A DNA stretch of 63,445 bases, filler included, from Hyphochytrium catenoides (GCA_900088475.1; 8 parts of 8 records of this genome joined end to end with filler, not necessarily neighbours in it); one strand, 5' to 3'. Numbered from the whole stretch's first letter, positions 51,246 through 63,445 are shown. Program-made: numbers and translations. The notes: generated by a model from the sequence alone, not told the origin.

Positions 51246-52252
51246 ACCCGCGCACCCCTTTCCCTCAATTTTAGTCGCTGTCCCCTCATCTCCAACAAGG
51301 GAGAACAATATCCAAAGAATGCCACGCCGGCCGGCTCCTCAAGATGCGGTCGTTCTGAGATGTAGAGAGGGAGGGCACTGGTTACATGATGCAGCGTTGG
51401 TGACCTCAAAGCTTCCAGCACCGAAGGGCTGGCCATAAGAGAAGCTTGGCAAAGCGTGCAACGCCTGACTTCGCTATTACTTTATGAGCTCACGATGATG
51501 TGACAATTCTACCCTCCTCGGGCCAGAAGATAAGAATGTAAAAGATGAAGGTCGTCAGCTTCCGGTCTCCTCGATGACATAAGAATTTGTGGCCATTGCC
51601 TCAGCTAGATGTCTTGCTGACAGAGAACTTGTCGGGCGCATCTGTGCTGCAGCGAGAAGGATGCTAAATCTAGCTGCAGAGCAGCATCCTGGAATTCGTA
51701 ACGCCTGTGTTGAGCGAATGCCCTTCCTGCTACAAGCAGTTCTCTGCATGGGACCAAGGTTGGATTAAAGCCGCCATTGCCTACTGCTTAGCAGTTAGGA
51801 AAGTGGCCGGAAGCCTTCCCCGTCCTTACACGGACAGAGGAAGATCTTATTTCTACAGCCTCTCTTCTACACCATTCCTCTATTGCCTATAAATGGGAAG
51901 GGCAGGTGTTGAAGCCCCATTGTTACGTGGACGAGGACATCATTGTCTGAGAGAGGACAAAGCATTAACCCCAAAGGAGCGTTAGCAAGCAAGTATGAAA
52001 GCAGGTGCAGAGACGCTCGTTTCTCAAGGGACAAGAAGGAGAGAATAGCTCCTTCACCCGACCAGCGCGTCCAAGAGTGTTGGGAAGGTCCATGGACTAT
52101 GACCAGGATTGAAGAGACAACAGCACAAGCATATTTGAGAATTGCTCTTCTGCGACACTCCTGTCTGTTGCAGCGAGCGGGGAGGGAGGAGGTGGTTAGA
52201 GGGGAGAGAGAGAGAGGGGTAGAGAGAGAGAGAGAGACACACATCAAGGTGC

Positions 52253-53825
52253 TTGAAGGAGTTCGCAGACCACAACGAGTACGATAAGCAAATGCTACTG
52301 CGAGCATTAAAGATGTCCTTGAAGGGACCAGATAGGATGGTACTCGCAGACCTAGTTCCTGCAGACAAGAAAACCGACTACGAGATACTAAGAGAGGAGC
52401 TGAAGGCACAATTCGAGCCCTACTACCGAAGCAGAAGAACTGCTACCGCGGACCGAGCTAGAGCAGACGCTGCTCGCATCCAGCCACCTCTGAGCAAAGA
52501 CGGCCAGGGATATACAAAGCAAGACAGCTTAAAATGGGACCAGTATGTCAGAGACAAGCAGGTAGCTCTGATTGAGTACAAGAACAAATACGAGGCCATG
52601 AATGGGCTCCTGGACTGGCAAACCCTGACAGAAGCTTTGACTGAGGACCTTAACGAGGCGGATCGAAACGCACTTTCGTCGTATATCGAACGGGTGGCGG
52701 ACCTAAACACTTACAATGAGCTAGCTGCGGCCATTAAGAGGCTGGCCAGTCGGGCACGAAACCCTAAGCGCGGAAGAGAAGGAAAGAATATCGGGGATCG
52801 TCACCAAGCCTTTCTGTCGTCAGTGCAAAGGCTATCACCCAATTGGACGACATTTTCGTTCGCGTGAATTAAGAGAGGACTCGCCCGCTCCGCTAAGACA
52901 CGATCGCGGGAGAAGAGTGCAGAAGACCCTAACCAAGGCCGACGGCCATTATGGACCTGCGGACAAACGTGGCGATCTCAGCCAAATCGAGTGCTTCAAT
53001 TGTCGCGAGGTTGGACACATGCAAGCCCAATGCCCGCGCCTAAAGGGAGATGATAAGAAGAACAAGAAACAACAATACACCGACTGGCGCAAGAAGCGCG
53101 TCAGCTTTAGCTTTACAAAGTATCACGACGAGGACGAGAGCAGCGTTGATGGTTCCAAATCCAGTGATTATGAAGATCCAGACGAGGATGCGGCCAAACG
53201 CAGACGTACCTGTAAGAAAAGACACGCTGAGAACGGACCACAGCAAACGGCCACAGGGACTCTGGTCAACGGAGAACTAGATGGGTTCAAAGTGCTCATT
53301 GAACTTGACACCGCGGCAAATGTGTCACTGGTAAGCAAGAGATGGCTAGAGCGACAGCCGGCGGAACTGCAGAAGCAATGGCGCGAGGGTAGCGTCGCCC
53401 TCTACGACGCTCAAGGCCAACCATCAATGAAGACAAGCGGTTCCCTTATCGCCACACTGTGTGTGGGCAAGCGAAATACTGAGACATAGATTCCTCGTGA
53501 TGAAGGGCTTACAGCCAGATGTGCTCTTAGGAACCGACGCATTTCAGGTGGTAGCAATGACGATCATGCTAGGCCAAGGCGACAGTGAGCCAGGAACAAC
53601 TGTACGACTCACAACTGCAGAAGCCTACACAACTGCAGAAGTAAAGACGCCTTCCTTCGATCAGCAGCTAGAAAGGAAAATCAGCCATCTCGCCGAGGGG
53701 ACGGAGAAGGAAGAATGGAGGACGGTACTCACCTCCTTTCGAGACGCCTTCTGGATAGAGGGAGACGAGCTAGGCTTCTTTAAACAGAAGCCTTTCGACG
53801 TACCATACGACACCAGCCTCCCGGC
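52253..53825 (+). mobile_element. Degenerate Ty3/Gypsy LTR retrotransposon (gag + protease + start of the pre-RT region), truncated at contig end
   Basis: CCHC zinc knuckle CFNCREVGHMQAQC; aspartic protease IELDTAANVSLVS and DVLLGTD; LTSFRDAF..ELG pre-RT motif. The three ORFs (52253, 52917, 53461) lie in different frames, indicating frameshifts. Confidence 0.85.
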
Positions 53826-54691
53826 NNNNNNNNNNNNNNNNNNNNNNNNNNNNNNNNNNNNNNNNNNNNTTAATTAATTAANNNNNNNNNNNNNNNNNNN
53901 NNNNNNNNNNNNNNNNNNNNNNNNNGGGAAATCACAAGCACTAAATAAAGACAGAGCATACAGCTTTATCGTCGTCTTGGTTCTCTCTCTTGCCACTGCC
54001 CTCCTCTCTCCTAACGACTAAGCTTCTTTTGACTTCTGGACGGAGTCAAGTCTGTTACGATCTAAGAGGATCATATCCAGCGTTGCTCCTTGAGAGGGCA
54101 CCCCACCCTTCACTCTCTTCTACCATTCTATTCGCAGCTCTGAGATTTTTATCACCTTAATAGTCAGAGTTTTTCCAGAGAGGTTTGGTGCAGCGCCGTC
54201 TCATTCAATGTGCTACGTAGCTTTAGAAGCTGGCAGACCAACCAACGTTGCATCAGAAGTGGTAAATGAGACAGCTTGGGATGGATTGCACAGCAGGGCA
54301 GGACGAGAGTTGAAGGACAATGTTGAGAGAATAGGGTCGACAGAGCGCCACAACAAGCATTTATCTTTGAACAAAGAACTGAGTTTTTCACTGTTAGGAT
54401 TACATCTGCTTACAAGGTTTGTAGACTAGCGTGAGCTGCTAGCTCCGTCATTCCTTCACTCCTTTGCTTTCTTTTGCTCTCTCCCTCACTGCCTCTCGTT
54501 CTCTTACTCTGCTTTTCTTCTCACATGTATAAGGTAAGCACTTCGCAGAGAGTTACTTCCACAGAGACAAGAAAGCGTGGGTCCCTGTACTAGAGAAGAG
54601 GTAGAAGAAAATAACTATCAAGAACCAGAGAATGTCCCTAGATATATAAATGAAGGTTATTCGGCACCCTGGGGCTCTCTCCTCTCTTTGG

Positions 54692-55172
54692 TTAGCCTCT
54701 TCTCTCCATCTCATTTAATGTCTTCTTGATGATCCCAACACACTCATGAAGGTTCTCTTCCGTCATTGTTAGCGGCGGAGCAAAGCGGATCGTGTCTCCT
54801 CTGGTTGGCTTTGCCAGCAGTCCATTGTCCCTAAGCTTTAAGCACACGTCCCAGGCATCTCCAAGTCCAGGTTTTTCCTTGATCACAATGGCATTCAGCA
54901 GTCCTTTTCCTCTTACTGTCGTGATGAGCTCTGACTTGATGCTGGTAGAAGGGCAGGAGGGGGAACAGGGGTGAGAAAACCGAAAACCGCGAGGCAGAAT
55001 CAGAAGTAGACAAAAGCAAGATTAACGCTCCAGTATGACATGCAAAGAGTCTGAAGCAAGCACATCTTTACCCCTTGAGCTCTTGTCTAAGGATCTTTCC
55101 CAGCTTCTCTGCATTCTCCGGTAGCTTTTCCTCCTTCAACACTGTGAGAGCTGTCATTGCCACCTTGCATCC
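54692..55172 (-). CDS. OAT: Ornithine aminotransferase, 3' fragment (last two exons; intron 54942-55071)
   Basis: [65 protein letters not shown], the typical OAT C-terminus. Confidence 0.92.
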
Positions 55173-55909
55173 NNNNNNNNNNNNNNNNNNNNNNNNNNNN
55201 NNNNNNNNNNNNNNNNTTAATTAATTAANNNNNNNNNNNNNNNNNNNNNNNNNNNNNNNNNNNNNNNNNNNNGAGAGAGAGAGAGAGAGAGAGAGACAAA
55301 AGAGAGAGAGAGACAAAAGAGAGAGAGAGACAAAAGAGAGAGAGAGAGAGAGAGACAAAACAGAGAGAGAGAGAGACAAAACAGAGAGAGAGAGACAAAA
55401 GAGGGGGACTGAGAGGGTGTGTGATATTGAAGAATGCGGGAGAAGGAAGAGAAGAGGGATTGAAAAGAAAAGAATAGAAACGAGAGAGTGGGAGGAGAGA
55501 GAGACAAGAAGGAAAATGACACAGCGTAGAGAGAGAGAGAAGCAAAGAGAGAGAAAGTGTGTTTGTAATATGGAACAACAAGAATATATACATGCCGAGT
55601 CAGTGAGCATGAAGGAGTTGAGAGAAGGGGAGAGAACAAGTGAGAAAGCAAGGGAAAGATAGAGGAGAGAGAACAGAGATGACCTCTGCAAGGACAGAAG
55701 AAAGCATGCCAAAAGTAGAGAGACAGCATAATAGCAGTAAGAGACGGGCAAGAAGAGAGAGAGAAAGGGGGAAACAAGAAAGAAAACTGAATCATCATCG
55801 CAAGGGAGAGAAATAAAGGAGAGAGAAAGACAACGATACTTGCTTCTTCTTCTTCTTCTCTTTCTCCAATAATAAACCACTAACAATGGCTCTGGGGACG
55901 TCCCAACAG

Positions 55910-55984
55910 GAGATGATTAACAAGCTGGACGCTGACGGCAGCGGAGAGATCGAGTTCAGTGAGTTCAGAGCGCTTCTCACCTGA
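55910..55984 (+). CDS. Terminal exon of an EF-hand Ca2+-binding protein (calmodulin/centrin/dynein LC4-like)
   Basis: Branch-site-like CACTAAC and CAG acceptor, then EMINKLDADGSGEIEFSEFRALLT* with a canonical DxDxSGxIxxxE loop. Confidence 0.8.
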   Translation, partial: EMINKLDADGSGEIEFSEFRALLT

Positions 55985-56028
55985 AGAAGGAGAAGAGGGA
56001 GAAATGGAGGACGAAGAAGAACTGGAAC

Positions 56029-56062
<34 letters not shown>

Positions 56063-56092
56063 NNNNNNNNNNNNNNNNNNNNNNNNNNNNNN

Positions 56093-56129
<37 letters not shown>

Positions 56130-57099
56130 CTAGGGGATCGCCAGCAGTAATATATGGTGGCCCTTCCTCTGTTATCAACAGCTTCTGGTCGGTTAACCTT
56201 CAGAAGAGAGCGACAAAAAAGAAGAGAAGAGAATGCACTGTTGTCAGTTTCTCCTCGATCTTCTTCTTGGATTTCTCTTCTTCTCTTCTCCTTCAGGGCC
56301 GTCATTTTCTTCTCTATCTCCCGTTATCCCACGATCTTCTCTCCTCCCTTCTTTTCTTTTTCATCATCTCTCTCCTTCTCTCTTCTTCTCTCTCTCTTAT
56401 TATCTCTCTCTTTGTCTCTCTCTCCTCTCTCTCCCCCCGTCTCTCTCCTATCTGTTTCCCCTGCCGCTTATTAACTTCCTTGTGCAACCCTCTTCTTTTT
56501 TGCCTTCCTAATTCTTTCCTCTCATAAAATCATCATTATTCTGGTTTCCACGCTATCTTTTTTCTTTCCTCGTCCATTTCACTTGTCTTCCTTCTTCATG
56601 ATTCTTCCTGTTTTCTTTTCTTCCGTGCCCTTGCTTTTTTCTCTCTCCTCTCTCTCTTTTTTCCTTCATGACCATTGTTATAGATGTATTTTGCGGTGCT
56701 CTGTCTTTTCTTTTGATTATTTTCTTCTTTTGTCGTCTTCTTCATCGTCTCCTCTCTCTTTTTTTTTTTTGCCTTTTTTTTTGCCTCTTTCTCGTGGGTT
56801 TCTTTCCCTTCTTCTAACTTCTGTGCTCTCCTTTTTCTAGCTTCTGTCGAGATGATAACGTTAGCCAGTTGTTGCCTTCGTTTCTTCTTTTCTTCCTTCC
56901 TTTCGTGCCCTTTCTCTCTCTTTCTCTTCTCATCCCTGTCGCCTTTCGTTATTCTTTCGTCTCTCTCTCTCTCTGTTTCTCTCTTTCTCTCTCTTTGTCT
57001 CACTCTCTCTCTCTTTCTCACTTTCTCTTTCTCTCTTTCTCTCTCCCTTTTTCTTTCTCTTTCTCTCTCTCTCTTTCTCTCTCTTTCTTTCTCTCTCAC

Positions 57100-57560
57100 T
57101 CTCTCTCGCCCTCTCTCTCCTCTTTCTTTCTCTTTCTCTCTCTTTCCCTCTTTGTGTGTGTGTCTCTCTCTCTCTCTGTATATATATATATATATCTGTG
57201 CCCACGCCTTCCTTTTCTCTGTTTTGCTCTCTATCTCTTCCCCTCTCTCTCTCGCTTTCTCTCTCTCTTCTTCTTTCTCTTTCTCTCTCTCTTCTCCTCT
57301 CTCTTTCTTTCTCTCTCACTCTCTCCCTAGCCCTCTCTCTCTTCATTCTTTCTCTTTCTCTCTCTTTCCCTCTTTGTGTCTCTCTCTCTCTGTTTCTCTC
57401 TCTTTCTTTCTGTCTCACTCTCTCCCTCGCTCTCTCTCTCTTCTTTCGTTTCTCTTTCTCTCTCTTTCCCTCTTTGTGTGTGTCTCTCTCTCTCTGTGCC
57501 CACGCTTTCTTTTTCTCTGTTTTGCTCTCTATCTCTTCCCCTCTCTCTCTCGCTTTCTTT
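57100..57560. repeat. CT-rich low-complexity tract with an internal duplicated block
   Basis: TCTGTGCCCACGC..TTTTCTCTGTTTTGCTCTCTATCTCTTCCCCTCTCTCTCTCGCTTTCT occurs at about 57195-57260 and 57492-57558. Confidence 0.75.
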
Positions 57561-58521
57561 GTCCTTTCAATATTATGCTGAATTATCCACGTTGATATTG
57601 TTGATAAGCAGTTTGAGTTGTCTGTTATCAATAATAATCTGCACTCCTTCGATTATAAACGTGTATATGATTATTCTGGATGATTGCAAAGGATACCACG
57701 CTTATCCCTAAAACTTTACATTGCTGTTAGACAGAAGCCAGTCTCCAGGTCTCCTCCTGGAGAGGAAAACAAGTGGTGGTNNNNNNNNNNNNNNNNNNNN
57801 NNNNNNNNNNNNNNNNNNNNNNNNTTAATTAATTAANNNNNNNNNNNNNNNNNNNNNNNNNNNNNNNNNNNNNNNNNNNNTGAGCCGTCTCTGGGAAAAA
57901 AAGAAAGTGTAACGGACGGAAGAAGTGCAGTTGAAGTGCAGCCTTGACAAGCCTGAGGCGGCAGCAGAGGGAGAGAGAGAGAAAGAGAGAAGAGAGACAC
58001 AGAAGAGAAGCGAGAGAAGAAGCAGTGTAGAGGCACCACCAACAATAGGTAGAGATGATGATGCAAGTCAACAAGGGGAACGAGAGGGAGGTGGCCACCA
58101 TTGGCAGTGCCCCCTGATCCCCTTTGTACTTATACATTTCGATGGTCCCGAAGTAAGACTTCTTCCTTCAAGAAAGCCATCATGGTGAATCCTTTACAGG
58201 CAGTGCTGGTCCCATATTCTACTCCGTTTTCCTCTCTTCTTCTGGGGCAACAGCTGCTTGCTTTCCTTGACCCGCTTCTCCTCCTGCTGCCTGCTTATGA
58301 ATTGTCGCCATCATGCTGGTCCTCCTTCAGTCGAAGTGTCCACGGACTGCTCCATGGGAGCTGGAAGAAAGACACTAACACTACTAGGAAATTCAAAGTG
58401 CCTTGCCGGCCGCGTTTAACTCGTTGCGAAAAAGCTACCTTCCACATTATACGATTCCTGGCTTCTGGGCACGCAGACTTAAAATTTGAGAGACGACGGC
58501 GTGTAAGAGAGCAGAGGGACG

Positions 58522-60499
58522 ATGAGAGTGCAGGAGCATAATCCACCAGCCCTTGAGGCTTTCGGCCGAGCTCTCTGGGCACTGCATTTGATAATGAGCT
58601 GCGGCATTATTGTTTGCTATATACAGCGTAGAAATGTCTACCCGCTTAACGTGATGGGAATACACTGGCTACTCTTGGGGCATGTCAGTACTCCGATAGG
58701 CTCGTGGGTCTATCTCTCAGGCTTCTTTGAACATAAGTGCAGCCCAGGATGGCTCTTCTTTATCTCTATCGGGGGTTATGTGCCAGCTGTACCGATGCTG
58801 CTAGCTCAGTGCTTTATCCTCTACTATACCCATCGCCATCAGCAGGAGCAGCTTTCAGGAGAGAAAGAGCGGACGCAAGCAGGGAAAGGGAGTGTAAGCC
58901 TTCTCCCTAACAGCATCACCTTCAAAACCAGAAGAGAGATCTACTCGTGGGTGATCTTCGTGGCGGTCATCTTCCTTACGCTGCCATTCCCCTTCTTCGT
59001 CACGCAAGCTTACGATGAGGCATTAATGCCGGAAACGACCAGTCCAGAGGAGGTCTTTGACCTCAAGCTCTGCAATATCAAGAAGCCGTCTGTGGTATGA
59101 AGCCGCTATTCGTTGTTTGCCCAGTCTATCCTTCCGGGAGCTCTGAACTTTCTGTCTTGTCTCTTCTTCGTATGTCGATCACGGCGTCTCATACCCTTCT
59201 TTTGACATCACATCCTTGCTTTTTGCTAACATCTGGGACCCCAGCGATCTCTAGTCCTTCGCTGCCTTCCGATTGTCTTCTATCTGCCCCTTCTACTCAT
59301 CCCTTTGGCTCTCCCTCGCTTCGGCCTGCCACGTTGTCCTCTCTAACTGGATCTCTTTCCCTTTCACAGCTCTTCTACAACTTCTTGACGATTATCGGTA
59401 TCGTCATCTTGTTGGTCATAACATACTGGAAGCTGCGGATGGTGCAGGAAGCTTTTGACATGAAAAAACAGTTTATGCGGCTTGCCACGTATACGCTCTG
59501 TGTCGTCCTTCCCGTGCAGTTGATCAGAATGGTTCTCAAAGGTCCTGGCTACGAATGGCTAGGTTATCTCTTCTACTTTGCCTCTGCCTCTCAGTACGTT
59601 TTCTACGAGGTGTTTTGCGGCCTTCTTCCTATTCGTCTGTCATTCAGAGAAGAGAGAAGGAGGATGGGCCAGGCTGTGAGCAGGAGAAACTCCACAACCG
59701 TGAGAAGCCAGCCCGCCAAGTCGACGCAGGAGCTGCGCTCTATTCTGCTGACCAAGGACGAAGAGCTCCTGAATAGCTTTCAACAGCATTTAGTCAAAGA
59801 GTTCTGCGTAAGCACTACTTCTTCACTGATGCTCGGAGTCTCACTTTATCATCGCTCTACTTTTCCTGCCTCTCTTTCTCTGTCCTCTATGGCCTTGCAG
59901 CTTTATTATCTGTCCTGGCTCTCTAGTACGATCCTTTCTCTTCTCGTCTTCACTGTTTGAATGCCCCTGTGCTTGATCAGCCTCCTCCATCTCGCGTCTG
60001 TCTCTTGATAACTCTCCGTCGTTTGCCTGTTCTTTCCAGCTATTCCCTGCTCCACGTCGTCGTCTCTCACTTAATCAAATTCCCCGTTCCTATGAAGGTG
60101 GAGAACATCCTCTTCTTTAAGGCTGTGATAGTCTTCCGCGAGATAACCAGCAAGAAAGAGATGCTTTCCTCTGCTGCAGATGTTTGCCAGCACTTCATCG
60201 CCGCGGGAACGTCCACAGAGGTCAACATTAGTGATAAACTACGCCAAACCACGCTGAAGGAGCTCTCTCTTCTTTCTGACGAGTCTATAACTAAGGACTT
60301 CTTTGAGAAGGTGGAGCAGCAGGTGCTGCGCATGATGTTGGACCCTTTCAACCGCTTCTTGGCACGAGAGGCCTTCCTTATCCCTGAAGAGGCGTATGGC
60401 AGGGGAGCAGGGCCGGGAGCTAATAACAGCGAGGAGGGAAACGGAAAGAAGAAGAGCAGTTTAGTCGTTGTGAAGCCTGTAATATCCAACACTCCCTGA
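58522..60499 (+). CDS. 7TM-RGS protein (multi-pass membrane domain + C-terminal RGS domain), 3 exons, 470 aa
   Basis: Exons 58522-59094, 59370-59807, 60098-60499 (1413 nt). About seven hydrophobic helices. RGS motifs FQQHLVKEFC|VENILFFKAV, FI..GTSTEVNISD, FEKVEQQVLRMM.DPFNRF. Confidence 0.88.
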
Positions 60500-61389
60500 G
60501 CGCTTCGGTAACTCTCTCTCTCTCTCTTTGTATTTTAGTAATATATAAATGTTATTTGAATTGGCTTCTCTCTGTCTTCTCATGTTCTCTTGTTGGCCCT
60601 CTCCGCGCTCTCTCACACTGCTCTCGTACAGCGCTCTCTCATCCCAGAAAAGTGCATCGGAAGGGTGAGCGAAGAGAGAAGAGATAAGGTTGAGACAGCA
60701 TAAGAGAGGAGAGAGAACCAGAGTTTGGACCATCGCGGACACTCTCACACCTACGATGCCGATGTGTCAGCTAGTTTCTATCATTTTATATGGAAGACTA
60801 GCTTCTCCTTTAATTTGTCTTTGTCTCCTACGTCTTCCTTTACTTCCTACTCCGGAGTAACTTTTATCCTTCGTTTTGATCTCGCTCTCCTCGTCTGTGT
60901 ACGCGCTACAGCCTTTACCCATTATTTTCTCTCTCNNNNNNNNNNNNNNNNNNNNNNNNNNNNNNNNNNNNNNNNNNNNTTAATTAATTAANNNNNNNNN
61001 NNNNNNNNNNNNNNNNNNNNNNNNNNNNNNNNNNNGCATCTTGAAAGTGGCGGAGAATACTTCGAAGCTATGTAGCGAACCTCAAAAGTGCTGCCTTTGT
61101 TGGCTAAAGGAAGGTGATCAAGGACCTCTAACCCTACCTTTGCTGAAGAGCCTGTACAAGTGAAGGCACCTAGGGACAGGTCCTGCTTCTCCACCTTTCG
61201 CTATTGCCATACAGGACGCTTTGCCAACTTGAAGATAACGTGGGATGATAAAGAGCCAGCTCTTTATGCTGCAGGCGCCATGGCTTGCACTTATCGTCCA
61301 ACCTCTTTCTATTCTATCGGGCCATAGATCATGGACTAATAATACTGGTACACGGTCGAAAGAGAAGCATATACGGTCGCCTTGATCTA

Positions 61390-62268
61390 TTATCGGAAGG
61401 TGGGCGCTGCACACTCCTGCCAGTTCTGTTTCCATCTCTAGAGAGATAATAAGCGAGAGGAACAGTGAGTCAGTGCGAGACCAATAGAATATGCCCCTCT
61501 GCGTCCTCAATCATTTGTTTGAGAAGAGCCTTCTCTCTCTTCACTTCCGCCGCTTATGTCCTTCATTTTATGCTTGCTCTCCCTTCTATAAAACCTAGAC
61601 TTCTTCGCCCTATCTTAAGGAGGACCGTACCAGCTTTCCAAAGGCCTTAACTCCTTCCTTTAGCGTCTCGTAGCTGCGAGTGGGCTGGACATTATGGACG
61701 GCAAGAGAAGAGTTGTGAGCCGGCTGCCACCAAGAAGGCGGAGGGTTTGCAGAGAATAGAGATAGAGATGGCCCTGAAGAGAATACCAATGTGAAAGGAG
61801 AAGAAACGGAAGATCTACCTTGGGAAAGCCCTTCAGTAGGGTGAAGATTTGCTGTTCAAGCTGCTTGCTGTCTTCAAAGACCATCCCATTTCTATATATG
61901 AGACAGCGTGGCATGGTGTCCAGCGTCAGATCATGCAGCAAAACGTCAAACTATCGAGAAAGTGCAATAACCGATCCAAGGGTATAAGGCAATGCTACGG
62001 GGGGAACGAGTAAAGAGAACCGCATGTTTCTACTCACCTTCCATGCTGCACAAGCTCTCCTATACAGTTGTACTTGATAGCGCAAACCTATGCAGCAAAA
62101 GTGATCATGTTAAAAGAGAGGCAGAGAAGTGTCCAAGTCTGCTGCAACAAGGCCAAAAAGAAGGCAGAGGAAGATATGGTCCACGCAAATGATTAGAGCA
62201 GGGCCGACGTACTGGCAGGCCTGATCCGAACATGTCCAGCACTTTCATGGGTAAGTCAATGCCGGAGC
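61390..62268 (-). CDS. ALG1: ALG1 chitobiosyldiphosphodolichol beta-mannosyltransferase, 3' fragment (5 exons visible)
   Basis: Spliced SGIDLPMKVLDMFGSGLP|VCAIKYNCIGELVQHGR|NGMVFEDSKQLEQQIFTLLKGFPK|PTRSYETLKEGVKAFGKL|RWKQNWQECAAPTFR*. DLPMKVxDMFG..LPVCA is the ALG1 signature. Confidence 0.9.
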
Positions 62269-62815
62269 NNNNNNNNNNNNNNNNNNNNNNNNNNNNNNNN
62301 NNNNNNNNNNNNTTAATTAATTAANNNNNNNNNNNNNNNNNNNNNNNNNNNNNNNNNNNNNNNNNNNNTGCTCTTGAGCTGTTTCCTCCTCCTCTTATTC
62401 CCGGGCATGGTTCCAGGGTAGCATAGTATTACCTAGGGAACAGTTTCGTTAACCTCGGTATATGTTTGTTTAATTCGGTAGATATCCTATCTTTGTCGTA
62501 ATATTTATAGTGTCTGTTGTTAGGAGCCTAAAAAGAGTAACAAGTTAAATCCGCTACTTCATTAACCATACGAAAGCTGATCATGAGGACTAGAAAAGTC
62601 AGCTTGCAAACCGCTCCTGGTGTCAAAAGTTATCTCTTTGTCACTCTGTCTTTATCCTCCACTCGAAAAGCATAGGGATCATGGTGATATTGTCGCCGCT
62701 CTGTCTTTGAGCTTTAGCTATTCTCGGCGTTCTCATAATCGAGAGAAGAGAACCAGCGAGAGAAAGAGAAGGAGAGAGGAGAAAGAGAGTAAGGATGGTC
62801 ATATAAACACAGTGG

Positions 62816-62852
<37 letters not shown>

Positions 62853-62893
62853 GGAGAGAGAGAGAGAGGAAGAGNNNNNNNNNNNNNNNNNNN

Positions 62894-63312
62894 GAGACAG
62901 AGAGAAAGAGAGGGAGAGAGAGAGAGGGAGAGAGAGAGTGTGAGAGATAAGAACAAAAGCAGCAGCAAAGATAAAATGCTGATGTTTCACAAGTACACCG
63001 ACACCACCTTTTGCTCAATGAAAAGCAGAGATTCTTGGATCTCTAGCAAGGTGCGGGAAGAGAGAGAGAGAGAGAAAGAAAGAGAGAGAGGGGTGGCTAG
63101 ATGGAGAGATTGAGAGCTGAAGAAAGGCAATAGAAAGAGAGAAAGAAGAAAGGAGAGAGGTGCTTATTGAGCGTGTTTCGGTCGTAGAAGAGGACAACAG
63201 CGAAGAGGAAAGCGAGTGAGAAGAGAGAGCACATCCGAAGAGACAGCAGAACAGAAAGAGACAGCAGAACAGAGGGAAGAGAACACGCCGTGGGAGTGAG
63301 AGAGAGAGAGAG

Positions 63313-63353
<41 letters not shown>

Positions 63354-63445
63354 GAGAGAAGGAGAGAGACAGAGAGAAAGAGAGGGAGAGAGAGAGAGGG
63401 AGAGAGAGAGTGTGAGAGATAAGAACAAAAGCAGCAGCAAAGATA
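62894..63445. repeat. 80-bp direct repeat (62894-62973 and 63366-63445), 472 bp apart
   Basis: GAGACAGAGAGAAAG...GTGTGAGAGATAAGAACAAAAGCAGCAGCAAAGATA appears identical in both copies. Confidence 0.85.

Noticed and set aside
55217-57711. Many long ORFs rich in SLSL or RERE (up to 247 aa), also at 4026-4249, 24325-24799, 40883-41121 and 62620-63440
   Set aside because: Translations of (CT)n/(GA)n microsatellites, which lack stop codons; not genes.
61036-61330. Possible last exon of a plus-strand gene converging on ALG1 (GRFANLKITWDDKEPALYAAG...)
   Set aside because: Short, truncated by a linker and without a recognisable motif.

Overview
Intron-rich eukaryotic genomic DNA with canonical GT-AG introns and many (GA)n/(CT)n microsatellites. 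It is probably from a flagellated protist, most likely a stramenopile; this is inferred from gene content only. The window is not one contiguous locus: seven 100-bp N44-TTAATTAATTAA-N44 linkers join eight contigs. Spliced models reconstructed by hand give: a secreted purple acid phosphatase, an intronless DUF4246 protein, a truncated HAD-like hydrolase, a Tctex1-type dynein light chain, a zinc-ribbon/PLAC8 protein, TEX9, NAC-alpha, Rab22, eIF3c, a 7TM-RGS protein, 3' fragments of ornithine aminotransferase, ALG1 and an EF-hand protein, and a degenerate Ty3/Gypsy element. The most striking gene is a 15-exon, ~1010-aa homologue of the bacterial Pat/PatZ/YfiQ protein lysine acetyltransferase (NDP-forming acyl-CoA ligase-like module plus C-terminal GNAT). 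Its phospho-accepting His appears replaced by Asp, its GNAT looks intact, and it has a mitochondrial-presequence-like N-terminal extension. There is also a ~6-kb tract of decayed 12-bp repeats with internal duplications, and a patchwork of decayed coding repeats at 47.8-51.5 kb. All family calls rest on recalled motifs; no database searches were run.
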